Below are positions 28,238 to 37,535 of a stretch of DNA of 64,000 bases, one piece after another. The notes under the pieces were generated by a model that did no database searches, was not told the DNA's origin, and saw only the letters and a list, made by a program, of their open reading frames with translations. A program made the translations under genes and the position numbers. The stretch is from an uncultured Bacillales bacterium (GTDB taxonomy: Bacteria > Bacillota_I > Bacilli_A > RF39 > UBA660). The DNA is taken from contig CAMNEE010000002.1 in NCBI GenBank assembly GCA_946536225.1, positions 239,523 to 303,522 on the forward strand, in the 5' to 3' direction. Numbering within the stretch: position 1 is the first letter of the stretch; the number at the start of each line of letters is the position of its first letter.

Positions 28238-28873
28238 ATGGAAAGAATTATATTTGACTTAGACAATACTTTGATAAGTAATGTTAACTTTTCTAAGTAT
28301 GTTGCCGAGGCATTTGATTTAATTAATGTACCATTTACTGAAGAAACATTAAGGTCTATTCAAAGAGCTATACATGACTATGAACTAGAGTCTTCTAAAT
28401 ATGATAAAGTGCGTATGATGGAATACTTTAGAAGATATACTGCTTTAGATTTAAGTATGTCATTTCTTGATAGTTTTATGTCTAGATTAGAGTATGCATT
28501 ACCTGATAAAGAGGACGCAGGCGTAAGAGAAACTCTTGATTATCTAGCAGGTAAGTATAAGTTATGTGTATTAACTAATTGGTTTAGAGTATCTCAATAT
28601 AAAAGACTAGTTAATGCTGGAATAGATAAATATTTTACTGAGGTATATGGTGGAGAAGAATACAAGAAACCAGATAAGAATGCTTATTTAATGGCTTGTG
28701 GTAACTCTAAAGCAAGTGATACACTTATGGTAGGAGATTCGTTTGAATTTGATTACCTAGGTGCCAAAAATGCTGGATTAAATGCAATACTATTAGATAA
28801 GAGTAATAGATTTAGTTCCTTAAATCCAAATGAAAGAATAAATGATATTAAAATGTTAAAGAAAGTTTTATAA
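28238..28873 (+). CDS. HAD-superfamily hydrolase (subfamily IA-like)
   Basis: Motif I FDLDNTL, a lysine near EEYKKPD and motif IV-like GDSFEFD. Confidence 0.75.
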   Translation: MERIIFDLDNTLISNVNFSKYVAEAFDLINVPFTEETLRSIQRAIHDYELESSKYDKVRMMEYFRRYTALDLSMSFLDSFMSRLEYALPDKEDAGVRETLDYLAGKYKLCVLTNWFRVSQYKRLVNAGIDKYFTEVYGGEEYKKPDKNAYLMACGNSKASDTLMVGDSFEFDYLGAKNAGLNAILLDKSNRFSSLNPNERINDIKMLKKVL

Positions 28874-28885
28874 GAGGTGAAGAAC

Positions 28886-30070
28886 ATGAAATGTTATGAC
28901 GATTTAGTATATCGTGGTCTTATTAAAGACAGAACAAATAATGAAGATTTTATTGAAAAATTAAATGCTGGAGGAATGACTTTCTACATTGGAACAGATC
29001 CAACTGCAGATTCATTACATATAGGACATTACTCTTCATTTATTACTGCTAAAAGATTGGCCAAATATGGTCATCATCCAATTGTATTAATAGGTGGAGC
29101 AACTGGATTAATTGGAGACCCAAGACCAACTGGTGAAAGAGAAATAATTGATAAATCAGTTGTAGAAGCAAACATTGAAGCATTAAAGAAACAAATAACA
29201 AAATTATTTGATGGAAATGTTGAAATAGTAAATAACTATGATTGGATTAAAGATTTTACATTCATTGATTTCCTAAGAGATGTAGGTAAATATATCAATG
29301 TTAACTATATGCTTAATAAAGATATTATTAATAGAAGATTAGAAACTGGTATTACATTTGCAGAATTTAGTTATACTTTATTACAAGGATATGACTTTGT
29401 TCATTTATATAAAGAAAAGAACTGTGTAATGCAAGCTGCTGGTTCAGATCAATGGGGAAATATTACAACTGGTGTTGAATTAATTAATAAAATGTTAGGT
29501 AAAGAGGCATATGCATTTACTATGCCAATTATAGCTGACTCTACAGGAAAGAAATTTGGTAAATCAGAAGGAAATGCTATTTGGTTAGACAAAGATAAAA
29601 CTCCTGCATATGATATTTATCAATATATGATTAATTCTACAGACGACATGGTTGAATACTACTTAAAAGTATTTACTTTCCTTACTAAAGAAGAAATAGA
29701 TGAAATCATGGCAAAACATAGAGAAAAACCAGAAGATAGATATGCTCAAAAGAAATTAGCATATGAGTATGTAAAAGACTTACATGGTGAAGAAGAAGCT
29801 CGTGCTGCTAAAGCCAAGTCAGAGGCTTTATTTGGAGGTTCTACTGAAGACTTAGAAGCAACTCCAATAAAGCCAGAATCTAATAATATATTAGATATCA
29901 TGATGGCAGCTGATTTAATACCTTCTAAATCAGAAGGAAGAAGATTAGTTGAACAAGGTGGAGTATCTGTTGATGGAGAAAAAATAACTGATTCTAAAGC
30001 AGAAATAAATAAAAAATCCTTTGTTATTCAAAAAGGTAAAAAGAAAATAGTAAAAGTGGAAATGATGTAA
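28886..30070 (+). CDS. tyrS: Tyrosyl-tRNA synthetase
   Basis: HIGH motif SLHIGHY, KFGKS motif and a C-terminal S4-like domain. An RBS agagg precedes the ATG at 28886. Confidence 0.9.
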   Translation: MKCYDDLVYRGLIKDRTNNEDFIEKLNAGGMTFYIGTDPTADSLHIGHYSSFITAKRLAKYGHHPIVLIGGATGLIGDPRPTGEREIIDKSVVEANIEALKKQITKLFDGNVEIVNNYDWIKDFTFIDFLRDVGKYINVNYMLNKDIINRRLETGITFAEFSYTLLQGYDFVHLYKEKNCVMQAAGSDQWGNITTGVELINKMLGKEAYAFTMPIIADSTGKKFGKSEGNAIWLDKDKTPAYDIYQYMINSTDDMVEYYLKVFTFLTKEEIDEIMAKHREKPEDRYAQKKLAYEYVKDLHGEEEARAAKAKSEALFGGSTEDLEATPIKPESNNILDIMMAADLIPSKSEGRRLVEQGGVSVDGEKITDSKAEINKKSFVIQKGKKKIVKVEMM

Positions 30071-30071
30071 T

Positions 30072-30449
30072 ATGTTAAACGAAGATAATAAGATAAGATG
30101 TTTAGTTGTAGATGATAGTCTACTAAGTGTAAAAATTGCAACAAATGCCGTATCATCAATCAGTAATCATATTGATTCTTGTATATCTGGTAAAGATGCC
30201 ATCCAAATGGTTAAAATGCATCACTATGATGTTATTCTAATGGATATAATGATGCCAGAAATGGATGGTGTAGAAACATTCAGAAGATTAAAAGAAATAG
30301 AAGGTTTTAATACACCAATAGTAGCAGTAACATCAGATAATGAAAAAGGTGCTAAAGAAAAATATTTAGAAATAGGTTTTAATGCTTATTTAGATAAACC
30401 TTATAGAGATGATATATTAATAGATATTATTCTAAAAATATTAGCATAA
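30072..30449 (+). CDS. Single-domain response regulator (CheY-like receiver)
   Basis: LVVDD, LMDIMMP with the phospho-acceptor Asp, AVTS and LDKP. Begins 1 nt after the tyrS stop. Confidence 0.8.
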   Translation: MLNEDNKIRCLVVDDSLLSVKIATNAVSSISNHIDSCISGKDAIQMVKMHHYDVILMDIMMPEMDGVETFRRLKEIEGFNTPIVAVTSDNEKGAKEKYLEIGFNAYLDKPYRDDILIDIILKILA

Positions 30450-30486
30450 AAAAAGGAGTGGATTTAAATCCACTCTTTTATTTTCT
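30449..30486. terminator. Bidirectional terminator
   Basis: A-run, then aggagtggattt/aaatccactct, then T-run. Confidence 0.7.
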
Positions 30487-30804
30487 TAATTCTTTAATAT
30501 ATCTTTTTAGTTGTTTTGAATTAGGTCCAAGTATAATCTTAAGTTGATTATCAATTTCGACTATACCTTGAGCTCCTAATTTAGTTAAACCCTCTTTGTC
30601 AGCTAAACTTACATCTTTTAATGTAACTTTAAATCTAGACATAGTAGTTTCACTATCAAGAATATTATCTTTTCCACCTAAACACTTAACTAATTTATTA
30701 ACATCCATATTAAAATCTTTATGTTGTAGCTTAGCTATAATTAAAGATATTATGATTAATACAAGTGCAATAATAGCATATTGTAATGGAATAGTTGAAT
30801 TCAT
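30478..30804 (-). CDS. Membrane-anchored PTS EIIB(Glc)-like domain protein with Cys replaced by Thr at the phosphorylation site
   Basis: NILDSETTMSRFKVTLKD...LGAQGIVEI matches the EIIB NIxxxxxCxTRLR fold, with Thr in place of the catalytic Cys. Preceded by an N-terminal TM helix. Confidence 0.6.
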   Translation of the reverse strand: MNSTIPLQYAIIALVLIIISLIIAKLQHKDFNMDVNKLVKCLGGKDNILDSETTMSRFKVTLKDVSLADKEGLTKLGAQGIVEIDNQLKIILGPNSKQLKRYIKELRK

Positions 30805-30892
30805 ATATATCACCTAAAAATATAATACACCATAATAAATTTATTTTCAATTATATAAGATTTAATATATAATTGATTATGAGGTGTTAAAG

Positions 30893-31303
30893 ATGATAAA
30901 ACCAATAACAAAAGATATATTATTTCTAGGTGTTGCATCTACTGAAGCAACCGAAAGTGATAAAGAAATAGCTACTAATTTATATGATACTCTTAAGGCT
31001 AATTCATCTATTTGCTATGGCATGGCTGCTAATATGATTGGTGAGAGAAAAAGAATAATTGCCTTTTATGAAGGACCATTTATAGTAATTATGTATAATC
31101 CTGTTATTACTAAAAAAGAAGATGAGTATGAAATAGAAGAAACATGTCTTTCACTAGTAGGTTCTAGAAAATGTAAGAGACATAAAACTATAGAAGTAGA
31201 ATACTTTGATAAATATTTTGAAAAAAAGAAGAATGTTTATCATGGACTAACTGCAGAAGTAATAGAACATGAATGTGATCATCTAGAAGGGATTATTATC
31301 TAA
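30893..31303 (+). CDS. def: Peptide deformylase-like protein
   Basis: GMAANMIG, ETCLSL and HECDHLEG motifs. Confidence 0.75.
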   Translation: MIKPITKDILFLGVASTEATESDKEIATNLYDTLKANSSICYGMAANMIGERKRIIAFYEGPFIVIMYNPVITKKEDEYEIEETCLSLVGSRKCKRHKTIEVEYFDKYFEKKKNVYHGLTAEVIEHECDHLEGIII

Positions 31304-31359
31304 ATATTTTAACTTGTCCAAAAGTATTAATATTTAGTATAATTTAATTGGTGATTAAT

Positions 31360-32280
31360 ATGAAAAAAATATTTTATAGAGTTTTAGCAAACATAGTAGA
31401 TATTACAATTATTTCAGTTATTGTATCTATCTTTGCATTATTCATTCCTTTCATGAATAGGGATAAAATAAATGAAATATCAGACGACTATAATAGTTTC
31501 TATGTAGATGTTAAAGATGTATATGATGAAATAAAAGACGATAAAGGTATCTTAAGCGATAATGTAATTACTACAGAAGAATTAAATGAGTTCTCTAAAA
31601 AATATGATAAGAAATACGATGAATTCTTTGAAAAATATGTTAATAAAGAATTAAAAGAAGATAAAGATAAAGAAGAAATGTATGATAAATTTATAGCTTA
31701 TTGTACAGATTATATTGATAAGAAGGTATATGAAATAACTAAATTAAACATTGTTAATTATAGTATTCAAGTAGTATTAGTTGTTCTATACTTTGGTGTA
31801 TTACAATTCTTTTTAAAGGGAAGAACAATTGGTAAGAAATTATTAAGACTTCAAGTTGTTGACAATAAAGATGAAGAAAAGGAAATATCAATTGGTAAAT
31901 ATATTCTTAGAAGTTTATTTGTAACTACTTCAATATTCTCAGTAGTTAATAGTATTCTTGCTATATGTTTAAAAGAAAATTCTTACTTAGGAATGGTTAC
32001 TTACTATAATTACTTAGTACAAGCATATTCATTAATAATGTTAATGTTTATTCTATTTAGAGATGATCAAAAAGGATTCCATGATTTACTACTTGGAACA
32101 AGAGTAAAACTATATAACAAAGATGGTTCTGAATATATCAGTACTATGTTTAAAGTTGATGAAGAAGAGAAAAAAGAAACAGTAAAAGAAGCAGAGTTTA
32201 AAGAAAAGAAAACTACTAAAAAAACTACTCCTAAGAAAAAGGGAACAACAAAAAAGAAAAATGAAAAAAGCAGCAATTAA
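31360..32280 (+). CDS. RDD-family membrane protein with a Lys-rich C-terminal tail
   Basis: [18 protein letters not shown] motif, TM helices and a tail [17 protein letters not shown]. Confidence 0.65.
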   Translation: MKKIFYRVLANIVDITIISVIVSIFALFIPFMNRDKINEISDDYNSFYVDVKDVYDEIKDDKGILSDNVITTEELNEFSKKYDKKYDEFFEKYVNKELKEDKDKEEMYDKFIAYCTDYIDKKVYEITKLNIVNYSIQVVLVVLYFGVLQFFLKGRTIGKKLLRLQVVDNKDEEKEISIGKYILRSLFVTTSIFSVVNSILAICLKENSYLGMVTYYNYLVQAYSLIMLMFILFRDDQKGFHDLLLGTRVKLYNKDGSEYISTMFKVDEEEKKETVKEAEFKEKKTTKKTTPKKKGTTKKKNEKSSN

Positions 32281-32467
32281 ACTAATAAGACTATATCAAA
32301 ATACACCAATACCAACGCACAATAGATGTAAATTTGTACCATCTTGTTCTGAGTATATGGCACAAGCAATTGAAAAATATGGTACTATAAGAGGTATAGG
32401 AAAAGGAATAAAAAGAATACTTAGATGTAATCCATTTAATAAAGGTGGATATGATCCAGTTAAATAG
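32261..32467 (+). CDS. yidD: Membrane protein insertion efficiency factor YidD
   Basis: [11 protein letters not shown]...RCNPF conserved Cys pattern, 68 aa. Confidence 0.85.
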   Translation: MKKAAIKLIRLYQNTPIPTHNRCKFVPSCSEYMAQAIEKYGTIRGIGKGIKRILRCNPFNKGGYDPVK

Positions 32468-32479
32468 GAGTGATACTTA

Positions 32480-32971
32480 ATGCAAATTGTAGGTTATATA
32501 TTAATAATTGCATTAGTTGTAGCACTTATGACATATATGTTAACAAGTGCCTACAATAAATTATTAAGAAATAAAAACCATGCTAATGAAACATGGCTAA
32601 ATATTGTTAAAGAAATAAATTTAAGATATAACTTATATACTCAGTATAGTGAAGCTATTAAAACAACAATTGATGCTACCACTGTTAATACATTTAATAC
32701 ATCAATTGCATCATATCGTAATAAAGTATCTATAGAAGATATTATTAATAACTATTATGAAACTGATAATATTTGTAAGTCTATTCTAGGAGTTGTTTCA
32801 ACACCTGAATGGTTACAAGTATTTAATGATAGTTTTAATAGAATAGAAGCCTTAAGAAAAGAATATAATGATACAATTCTTAAGATTAATAATTTAGTAA
32901 AAATGTTTCCAACAAGTCTAGTAGCTAAAATGGCTGGATTTGGTGCTTGGCCATTTTTTCGAGGTATTTAA
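32480..32971 (+). CDS. lemA: LemA family protein
   Basis: N-terminal TM helix followed by the LemA-type YNKLLRNKN...W segment. Confidence 0.7.
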   Translation: MQIVGYILIIALVVALMTYMLTSAYNKLLRNKNHANETWLNIVKEINLRYNLYTQYSEAIKTTIDATTVNTFNTSIASYRNKVSIEDIINNYYETDNICKSILGVVSTPEWLQVFNDSFNRIEALRKEYNDTILKINNLVKMFPTSLVAKMAGFGAWPFFRGI

Positions 32972-33004
32972 AAAAGTAGGATTAAATCCTACTTTTTATT
33001 TTTT
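32970..33004. terminator. Bidirectional terminator between lemA and gatD
   Basis: A-run, then agtaggat-ttaa-atcctact, then T-run. Confidence 0.7.
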
Positions 33005-33645
33005 AAATATTCATTATAAGCTAACATATCAGGAGTATTATTATCTTCTTGATATTTTATATCTTGGTCTTTTAAAACTCTTTCTATAAATCTATTTAAT
33101 AGAAGAGGGTTTCTAATTAGAAGAGGACCAAGTGCATAAGTACCATAGAAGTTGCTTGTGTGAATACTATTATTATCAATAAAGAAATCTTTCTTTATTG
33201 ATGCCTCAGAATTTCTATTAATAAACTCAATAACATCCATATCTAATTCATTTGAATGTACTATTTTTTCTTCTACAACATATTCTTTTAAATACATAGT
33301 TTTAAAAGGTAATAGATTTAAACATTCTTTATTATCAATAGTTTTGCCAAATAATTCTAATGAATTACCAGTTGCTATTATTAGTTTATTTTTAAATATC
33401 TTACTTAATTGTAATTTATATTTTAGTAAATCAATTCTAGCAAGTTCTTGATTCTCTCTAGATCCATTTCCTATATATATTAGATTATATTTATTAAAAT
33501 CAATTTTATCTCCAATGCTTAAATAATCAATAGTATAGTTAACTTTTTGTCTTTCTAAAGCATCTTTAATTGCAACCATGTTTCCATTGTCCCCTGATAG
33601 ATTCATTAAATCATGATATAAATGTAATACTCTAATAGTTTTCAT
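32989..33645 (-). CDS. gatD: Lipid II isoglutaminyl synthase, glutaminase subunit GatD (CobB/CobQ-like GATase)
   Basis: Class-I GATase fold of the CobB/CobQ type. Lies immediately downstream of murT with a 1-nt overlap. Confidence 0.75.
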   Translation of the reverse strand: MKTIRVLHLYHDLMNLSGDNGNMVAIKDALERQKVNYTIDYLSIGDKIDFNKYNLIYIGNGSRENQELARIDLLKYKLQLSKIFKNKLIIATGNSLELFGKTIDNKECLNLLPFKTMYLKEYVVEEKIVHSNELDMDVIEFINRNSEASIKKDFFIDNNSIHTSNFYGTYALGPLLIRNPLLLNRFIERVLKDQDIKYQEDNNTPDMLAYNEYLKNKK

Positions 33646-34991
33646 TATTTCACCTCTTTTAATGATTCTAAGATGCTATCCATTGTATCAACAAATACCA
33701 TTGAATAAATATTTCCTTTAGAATTATGTTTAATTTTATCTAATAAATTATTTTTATAGTCATCTACTACAATTATCTTTTTCTTGTTTATTCCATTATG
33801 CAATAGGCAAGCATATAAGTCATATCTAAACTTTCCAATTATAAATATCTTATCTAATCCTTTAGAATCTAAATCTTTAAAGTTAATATCATATAACCAA
33901 GATAAGTCATCAAACTTATATCTACGAGATACATTATCAAAACCAAGTATTACTGTTTTATCTCCAACAGCATCTCTTATATAAGAAATACTTGCTTCAT
34001 ATGAAAGATTATTTTCATGTTTAGAATCTAACATTTCTATTCTTCTTTTACCTAAGTAGTCATAGTGAATTTCTTCTTTAGCAAAACTATTAAATCCTTT
34101 TAGTATTTCCTTTGAACTTAAACCAACTTCACTTAATAGTGAATAAGCTGCAGTAGCAGCATATGCACCAAATAGGAAAGAAGTATTTAAATTAACTTTT
34201 TCTCCATTTATTTTCATTGTTCTAGTATCTAAGTTTAAGTTAGTACCTTCATATTTAATTGGATTTCTACCAAATGTACATTTTGAATTACTACATTTAT
34301 AGTCTCCTATATGACCATAGTGGTAACTCTTATATTTGATTTTAGAACCACACTTAGGACAATATGCACCATCAACAGGTATTGTTGGTTTACTTGTATC
34401 AGTTTTTAAGTGACTTATACCATATTTAACAATTTCACCCTTATGATCAACTGTGAATCTATTAACTAAAATGTCATCTCCATTTATTACTAACTCAGTA
34501 TTAGCGTCAATTGCTGATAATATTTTCTTATAAACATTTTCAGGAGCACCATTTCTTGCTACTTGGTCACGAGTTAAATTAGTAACAACTAAATGTGTAA
34601 GTTTTTTCTTTTTAAATATAGTCTTTATATAACTTTCATCTAACTCTAGTAAAAGTACATCACATTTTATTTTCTTACTTAAAACACTTGTATTATTAAG
34701 AAGAAGAGTACATGCAGCATTAAATAGGTTAGAACCAGACTTATTCCATACGACTTTATAACCATTTTTTTCTAATGTATGTGCAATTAACTTTGTAGTA
34801 GTTCCTTTTCCAGAAGAACCAGTTACACCAATAATGATTTCAGGATATTTTAAATTGTTTAAAATATTAGGACTAATCTTAGATGCAAAGGCACCAGGAG
34901 TAACTGAACCATCTTTCTTAAAAACAGGTTTTAAAATCTTACATCCTAGTGTTATAAATTTATTTACAATAATTGCAAAACTATCTTTCAT
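33645..34991 (-). CDS. murT: Lipid II isoglutaminyl synthase, Mur-ligase-like subunit MurT
   Basis: Mur ligase P-loop GSSGKGTT, a Cys4 zinc ribbon CPKCGS...CSNSKC and a C-terminal DUF1727-like region. Confidence 0.8.
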   Translation of the reverse strand: MKDSFAIIVNKFITLGCKILKPVFKKDGSVTPGAFASKISPNILNNLKYPEIIIGVTGSSGKGTTTKLIAHTLEKNGYKVVWNKSGSNLFNAACTLLLNNTSVLSKKIKCDVLLLELDESYIKTIFKKKKLTHLVVTNLTRDQVARNGAPENVYKKILSAIDANTELVINGDDILVNRFTVDHKGEIVKYGISHLKTDTSKPTIPVDGAYCPKCGSKIKYKSYHYGHIGDYKCSNSKCTFGRNPIKYEGTNLNLDTRTMKINGEKVNLNTSFLFGAYAATAAYSLLSEVGLSSKEILKGFNSFAKEEIHYDYLGKRRIEMLDSKHENNLSYEASISYIRDAVGDKTVILGFDNVSRRYKFDDLSWLYDINFKDLDSKGLDKIFIIGKFRYDLYACLLHNGINKKKIIVVDDYKNNLLDKIKHNSKGNIYSMVFVDTMDSILESLKEVK

Positions 34992-35115
34992 AATCATCAC
35001 CATTTACATTATATCACTTGTAAATTATCTTGTATAACCTTATAATGCTGAAGATTTACTTTTAATATAAAAAAAACTAGTGTATAATTAATTCAAAGAT
35101 ATGGAAGGTGCTTAC

Positions 35116-36357
35116 ATGAGAGAAATAATTGCTGCAATTGATATAGGTGGTAGTAAAATTAAACTTGTTGTGGCAGAAATATTAAACGAAAGATTTAATA
35201 TTTTATGTGCTTTAAGTGAAGATTCTCGTGGAGTTAAAAAGGGTGCTATCTGTGAACCAGATGAAACTGGTTATGCAATTAAGAAACTTCTTAAAAAAGC
35301 AGAAGAAATGCTTGGTACTAAAGTATCTAAAGCAATTGTATCTGTTAATGAGGATTCAGCAGATTTCCAAATTGGGGATGGTTCTATTACCATTACATCT
35401 GATGATAAAGAAATCACAGTAGGAGATATAACAAGAGTATTAAAAGCGTCTATTGGAGATAACATACATAAAGGAAATGATCTTGTTACTGTAATTCCAA
35501 TATCTTTTAAAGTTGATGGCGTTAAAGCTCATAACCCAAAAGAAATGAGAGGAAATAAACTTTCAGTTAAATCTGTAATAGTTACTGTTCCTAAAAGAGA
35601 AATCTATGTTGTAGCTAAATGCTTAGAAAAAGTAGGAGTAGAAGTAGTTGAAATAATGATTCCATCTATTGGTACTTACTGGGCACATAAGAATGATTCA
35701 ATGGATACAACAACAGGTGTAGTAATTGATTTAGGATATGATACTACAAAGATTTCAGTATTTAACAAGGGTATTATTGTTAATAACTTAGTTATAGGTG
35801 TTGGAGGAAAGAATGTAGATAACGATATTTCATTTATCTATAAATTAACTCCTGAACAAAGTAAAGATTTAAAAGAACATTTAGCACTTGCTAATAAGAA
35901 AAATGCTCGTTTAAGTGAAAAAGAAACAGTTGTTAATACACTTGGTCAAAAGAAAGAGATTAATCAAAAAGAGATTACAGAAGTCGTTATGAGTAGGTTA
36001 CACGAGACTTTGAACATGGCCAAAAACGAAATTAACTACTTAACAAAGAAGGAAATTAGTTATATAATTATAAGTGGAGGATTGAGTGAAATTAAAGACT
36101 TTCCATTAGAAGTTGAAAGTGTTTTTGGAACCAAGGCCGACACAGGTAAGATTATGGTTGTAGGTGCACGTAGTAATGAGTATGCAACCGCAATCGGAAT
36201 GATCAAATTTTTCGACTACAAATTAAAACTTAGAGATAAGGAATTTTCAACATTTACAAGTGATGAAATAGATGTAATTTGTGGTGGTTCAGAAAAAAAG
36301 ATTAATTTAGGAGATTCGGTACTTGCGAAGGTATTTGGCATCTTCTTTGATAATTAA
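35116..36357 (+). CDS. ftsA: Cell division protein FtsA
   Basis: Actin-like fold: IAAIDIGGSKIKLVVAE and VIDLGYDTT. Confidence 0.85.
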   Translation: MREIIAAIDIGGSKIKLVVAEILNERFNILCALSEDSRGVKKGAICEPDETGYAIKKLLKKAEEMLGTKVSKAIVSVNEDSADFQIGDGSITITSDDKEITVGDITRVLKASIGDNIHKGNDLVTVIPISFKVDGVKAHNPKEMRGNKLSVKSVIVTVPKREIYVVAKCLEKVGVEVVEIMIPSIGTYWAHKNDSMDTTTGVVIDLGYDTTKISVFNKGIIVNNLVIGVGGKNVDNDISFIYKLTPEQSKDLKEHLALANKKNARLSEKETVVNTLGQKKEINQKEITEVVMSRLHETLNMAKNEINYLTKKEISYIIISGGLSEIKDFPLEVESVFGTKADTGKIMVVGARSNEYATAIGMIKFFDYKLKLRDKEFSTFTSDEIDVICGGSEKKINLGDSVLAKVFGIFFDN

Positions 36358-36372
36358 TAAGGAGTGAAAGAA

Positions 36373-37452
36373 ATGAATAATGGATTAGAGATGAATCAAA
36401 TCGCTAAAATTAAAGTCATCGGAGTAGGTGGCGGCGGTTGTAACGCGGTAAATCGTATGATTGTTTCTGGGGTTAAGGGTGTAGAATTTATCGTTGCTAA
36501 TACTGATAAACAAGTTTTAGATGCATCTCCAGCTGATATCAAGTTACAAATTGGTGTTAAACTAACTAATGGACTTGGTGCAGGTGCTAACCCAGAGATA
36601 GGAAGAGAAGCTGCTGAAGAATCAAAAGATGAAATTCGCGCTGCTTTAGAAGGTGCCGACATGATCTTTGTTACATGTGGTATGGGTGGAGGAACTGGTA
36701 CAGGTGCTTCTCCTATAATTGCAGAGATCGCTCAAGATATTGGAGCATTAACTGTAGGTATCGTAACAAAACCTTTCAAATTTGAAGGTAAGAGAAGAAT
36801 GGAACAAGCTATTATTGGTGTTGATGAATTAAGAAAACATGTTGATACATTAATAGTTATTCCAAATGATAAATTAAGAGATATTATTGACAAGAGTACA
36901 CCAATGATTGATGCATTCAAAGAAGTAGATAATGTACTTCATAGAGGTGTTCAATCAATTTCAGACCTAATTGCTGTTTCAGGTTTAGTAAACCTAGACT
37001 TTGCAGACGTAAGGGCAATCATGGAAAAACGTGGAAATGCTTTAATTGGAATTGGTCTTGGAACTGGTGAAGATAGAGCCATCAAAGCTGCTCAACAAGC
37101 TGTATCAAGTCCATTACTTGAAACAAGTATTGTTGGTGCAACTGATGCAATCATCAACGTAACAGGTGGTACATCATTAACATTATTTGAAGCTGAAGAT
37201 GCTGCTGAAGTTGTTAGACAATCAGCATCAACAGATATTAACATTATCTTTGGTGCAGTTATTAATGAAAACTTAAATGATGAAGTTATTGTTACTGTAA
37301 TTGCAACAGGATATGATGATAATCCTGTATCAGGAACTTCTCCAATGGCTGAAGAATATAATCCTGGTATTTCAGAAGTACCTCAAAAACCAGTAAGTGT
37401 TATTGATGATGAGTATGATATACCTCCATTCTTAAGAGATAGAGATGTATAA
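36373..37452 (+). CDS. ftsZ: Cell division GTPase FtsZ
   Basis: [13 protein letters not shown] and tubulin signature GGGTGTG. Confidence 0.95.
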   Translation: MNNGLEMNQIAKIKVIGVGGGGCNAVNRMIVSGVKGVEFIVANTDKQVLDASPADIKLQIGVKLTNGLGAGANPEIGREAAEESKDEIRAALEGADMIFVTCGMGGGTGTGASPIIAEIAQDIGALTVGIVTKPFKFEGKRRMEQAIIGVDELRKHVDTLIVIPNDKLRDIIDKSTPMIDAFKEVDNVLHRGVQSISDLIAVSGLVNLDFADVRAIMEKRGNALIGIGLGTGEDRAIKAAQQAVSSPLLETSIVGATDAIINVTGGTSLTLFEAEDAAEVVRQSASTDINIIFGAVINENLNDEVIVTVIATGYDDNPVSGTSPMAEEYNPGISEVPQKPVSVIDDEYDIPPFLRDRDV

Positions 37453-37535
37453 TTAAAATAATTTTAAAAATAAAAGATATCGTTAGATATCTTTTTTTGT
37501 ACTCTTAATTAAGTTATAATTTAAATGGTGATAAT

